Positions 62,931 through 64,000 of a DNA stretch of 64,000 nucleotides are shown one piece after another. Both the position numbers and the translations under genes were made by a program. The stretch's first letter is position 1; each line of letters opens with the position of its first letter. A model generated the notes under the pieces. It was not told where the DNA came from. It saw nothing but the letters and a program-made list of their open reading frames with translations, and searched no databases. Location of the stretch: NCBI GenBank assembly GCA_030390025.1, contig CM059427.1, positions 208,196,001 to 208,260,000 of the forward strand, in the 5' to 3' direction. Origin of the DNA: Squalus acanthias. Its lineage: Eukaryota.

Positions 62931-63469
62931 TTCCCTGGACACCGATTCCCTCCTTGGCCACTGCCTAAGGCTGAACCAATAAGTTTGCAACGTCGGCATT
63001 CTATTTACCCTGTTCTGAGCATTCGGTCACCTCGATAACCCGGGTCTGTCTCCGGAGAGAAAGCCCCGCAGCTGCCGCCCCGCTCCATATCCACCGGTCC
63101 CGCGGGCTGTTATTCGGCCACATCCCGTGTTTATAAAATGTGCCTTCGTATTTTTATTACCCGACTGCGCCCAGTTCTCTTCCAGCTGTCCCGCTCCAGT
63201 CCCCTCTGTTCCTTTTGCTGTCTGCCTCCAGAGAGCAGCAGGCGGCCGGCACTGCGCATCCTCAGGACAGACACTGTCCAGGAACGAGTGTCTATTGCGC
63301 CAGCGCACTATTTTAGATAGGGCCTATTCTATAACACGGAGCATTCGAGGTAAGCAGAAGCGCCATTCAGTATCTGAAGAATTCAGGGATAATCTGTTTT
63401 TTCCCATTTATCTACAGCCTGTAATTCAAATAATACAATGGGTCTAAGCTCCCCATACCTTCCAGAGTG

Positions 63470-63655
63470 CCTATCTTAACCTCGGCATCCCAAACCAAAA
63501 CCCCTAAACATAACACCTTAACCTCAACCCCTATTCCCCAAACTGTAACCCTAACCCAGTAATTCCTCCCCGACTGTAACATCCTATCCATAACACCCTA
63601 AACCCTAACCTAACCTAAACTCTAACCGTAAACTATAAACTAATCCCTAACCTGC
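63470..63655. repeat. Degenerate (CCCTAA)n telomere-like tract
   Basis: AACCCTAACCTAACCTAAACTCTAACC etc. Confidence 0.7.
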
Positions 63656-63675
63656 TACTGTCTCAATAGTGACTG

Positions 63676-63755
63676 TGACGTCATCGTGGGCACCGGAAGG
63701 CGGCGGTGTCAACAGTCTTCACTTTTAATATTATCTCCTCCCCTCACTTCCTGGT
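63676..63755. promoter_or_regulatory. Putative promoter: CRE + ETS motifs
   Basis: TGACGTCA 63676-63683, CCGGAAG 63693-63699, CACTTCCTGG near 63745. Confidence 0.45.
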
Positions 63756-64000
63756 CCAAATGCGCCTCTCTGAGCTTCAGCTGCGCTATTCACCTTTCAC
63801 CTATAATATTATCTCCATTACAGACTGCTGATATATAAAAACATAATTTAAGAATCGTCAACTCCTGGGCTGAATCATTCACTGATTCTATGGTCGGAGC
63901 TCTAATGGCGTCTGGCCGTGCCCAGAATACACCGGACGGCAGATTTATCCCTCTAGATATCAATGGAGGTCTGGAGCGAGCGGGTTAATAAACCCCGAGA

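Overview
Eukaryotic, repeat-rich DNA from a cartilaginous fish (shark/ray), judged from the IgM exon sequences and the repeat families. The core is a pseudogenised IgM heavy-chain cluster on the minus strand (~46.7 kb to ~21.2 kb): leader, an already-joined in-frame VDJ exon with no RSS, Cmu1-Cmu4/secretory tail and TM1. Every exon except the leader carries stop codons. About 8-11 kb beyond its TM exon, on the plus strand, are two degenerate TCR alpha/delta-type V segments with recognisable 23-bp-spacer RSSs; one keeps a leader exon and an AGTGACATCA decamer. The rest comprises an internally deleted endogenous retrovirus (1-3.2 kb), many CR1-type LINEs (near full-length, nested and truncated), DeuSINEs, Penelope-type fragments with hammerhead-like cores (including a ~250-bp palindrome), several tandem arrays (23, 38, ~52, 67, ~70 and ~76 bp units), a GPR139-like GPCR exon with one stop, and two assembly gaps. 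I see no wholly new system. The most notable signal is a pre-rearranged IgM cluster lying next to TCR V segments. Translations and coordinates were read by eye; repeat boundaries are approximate.
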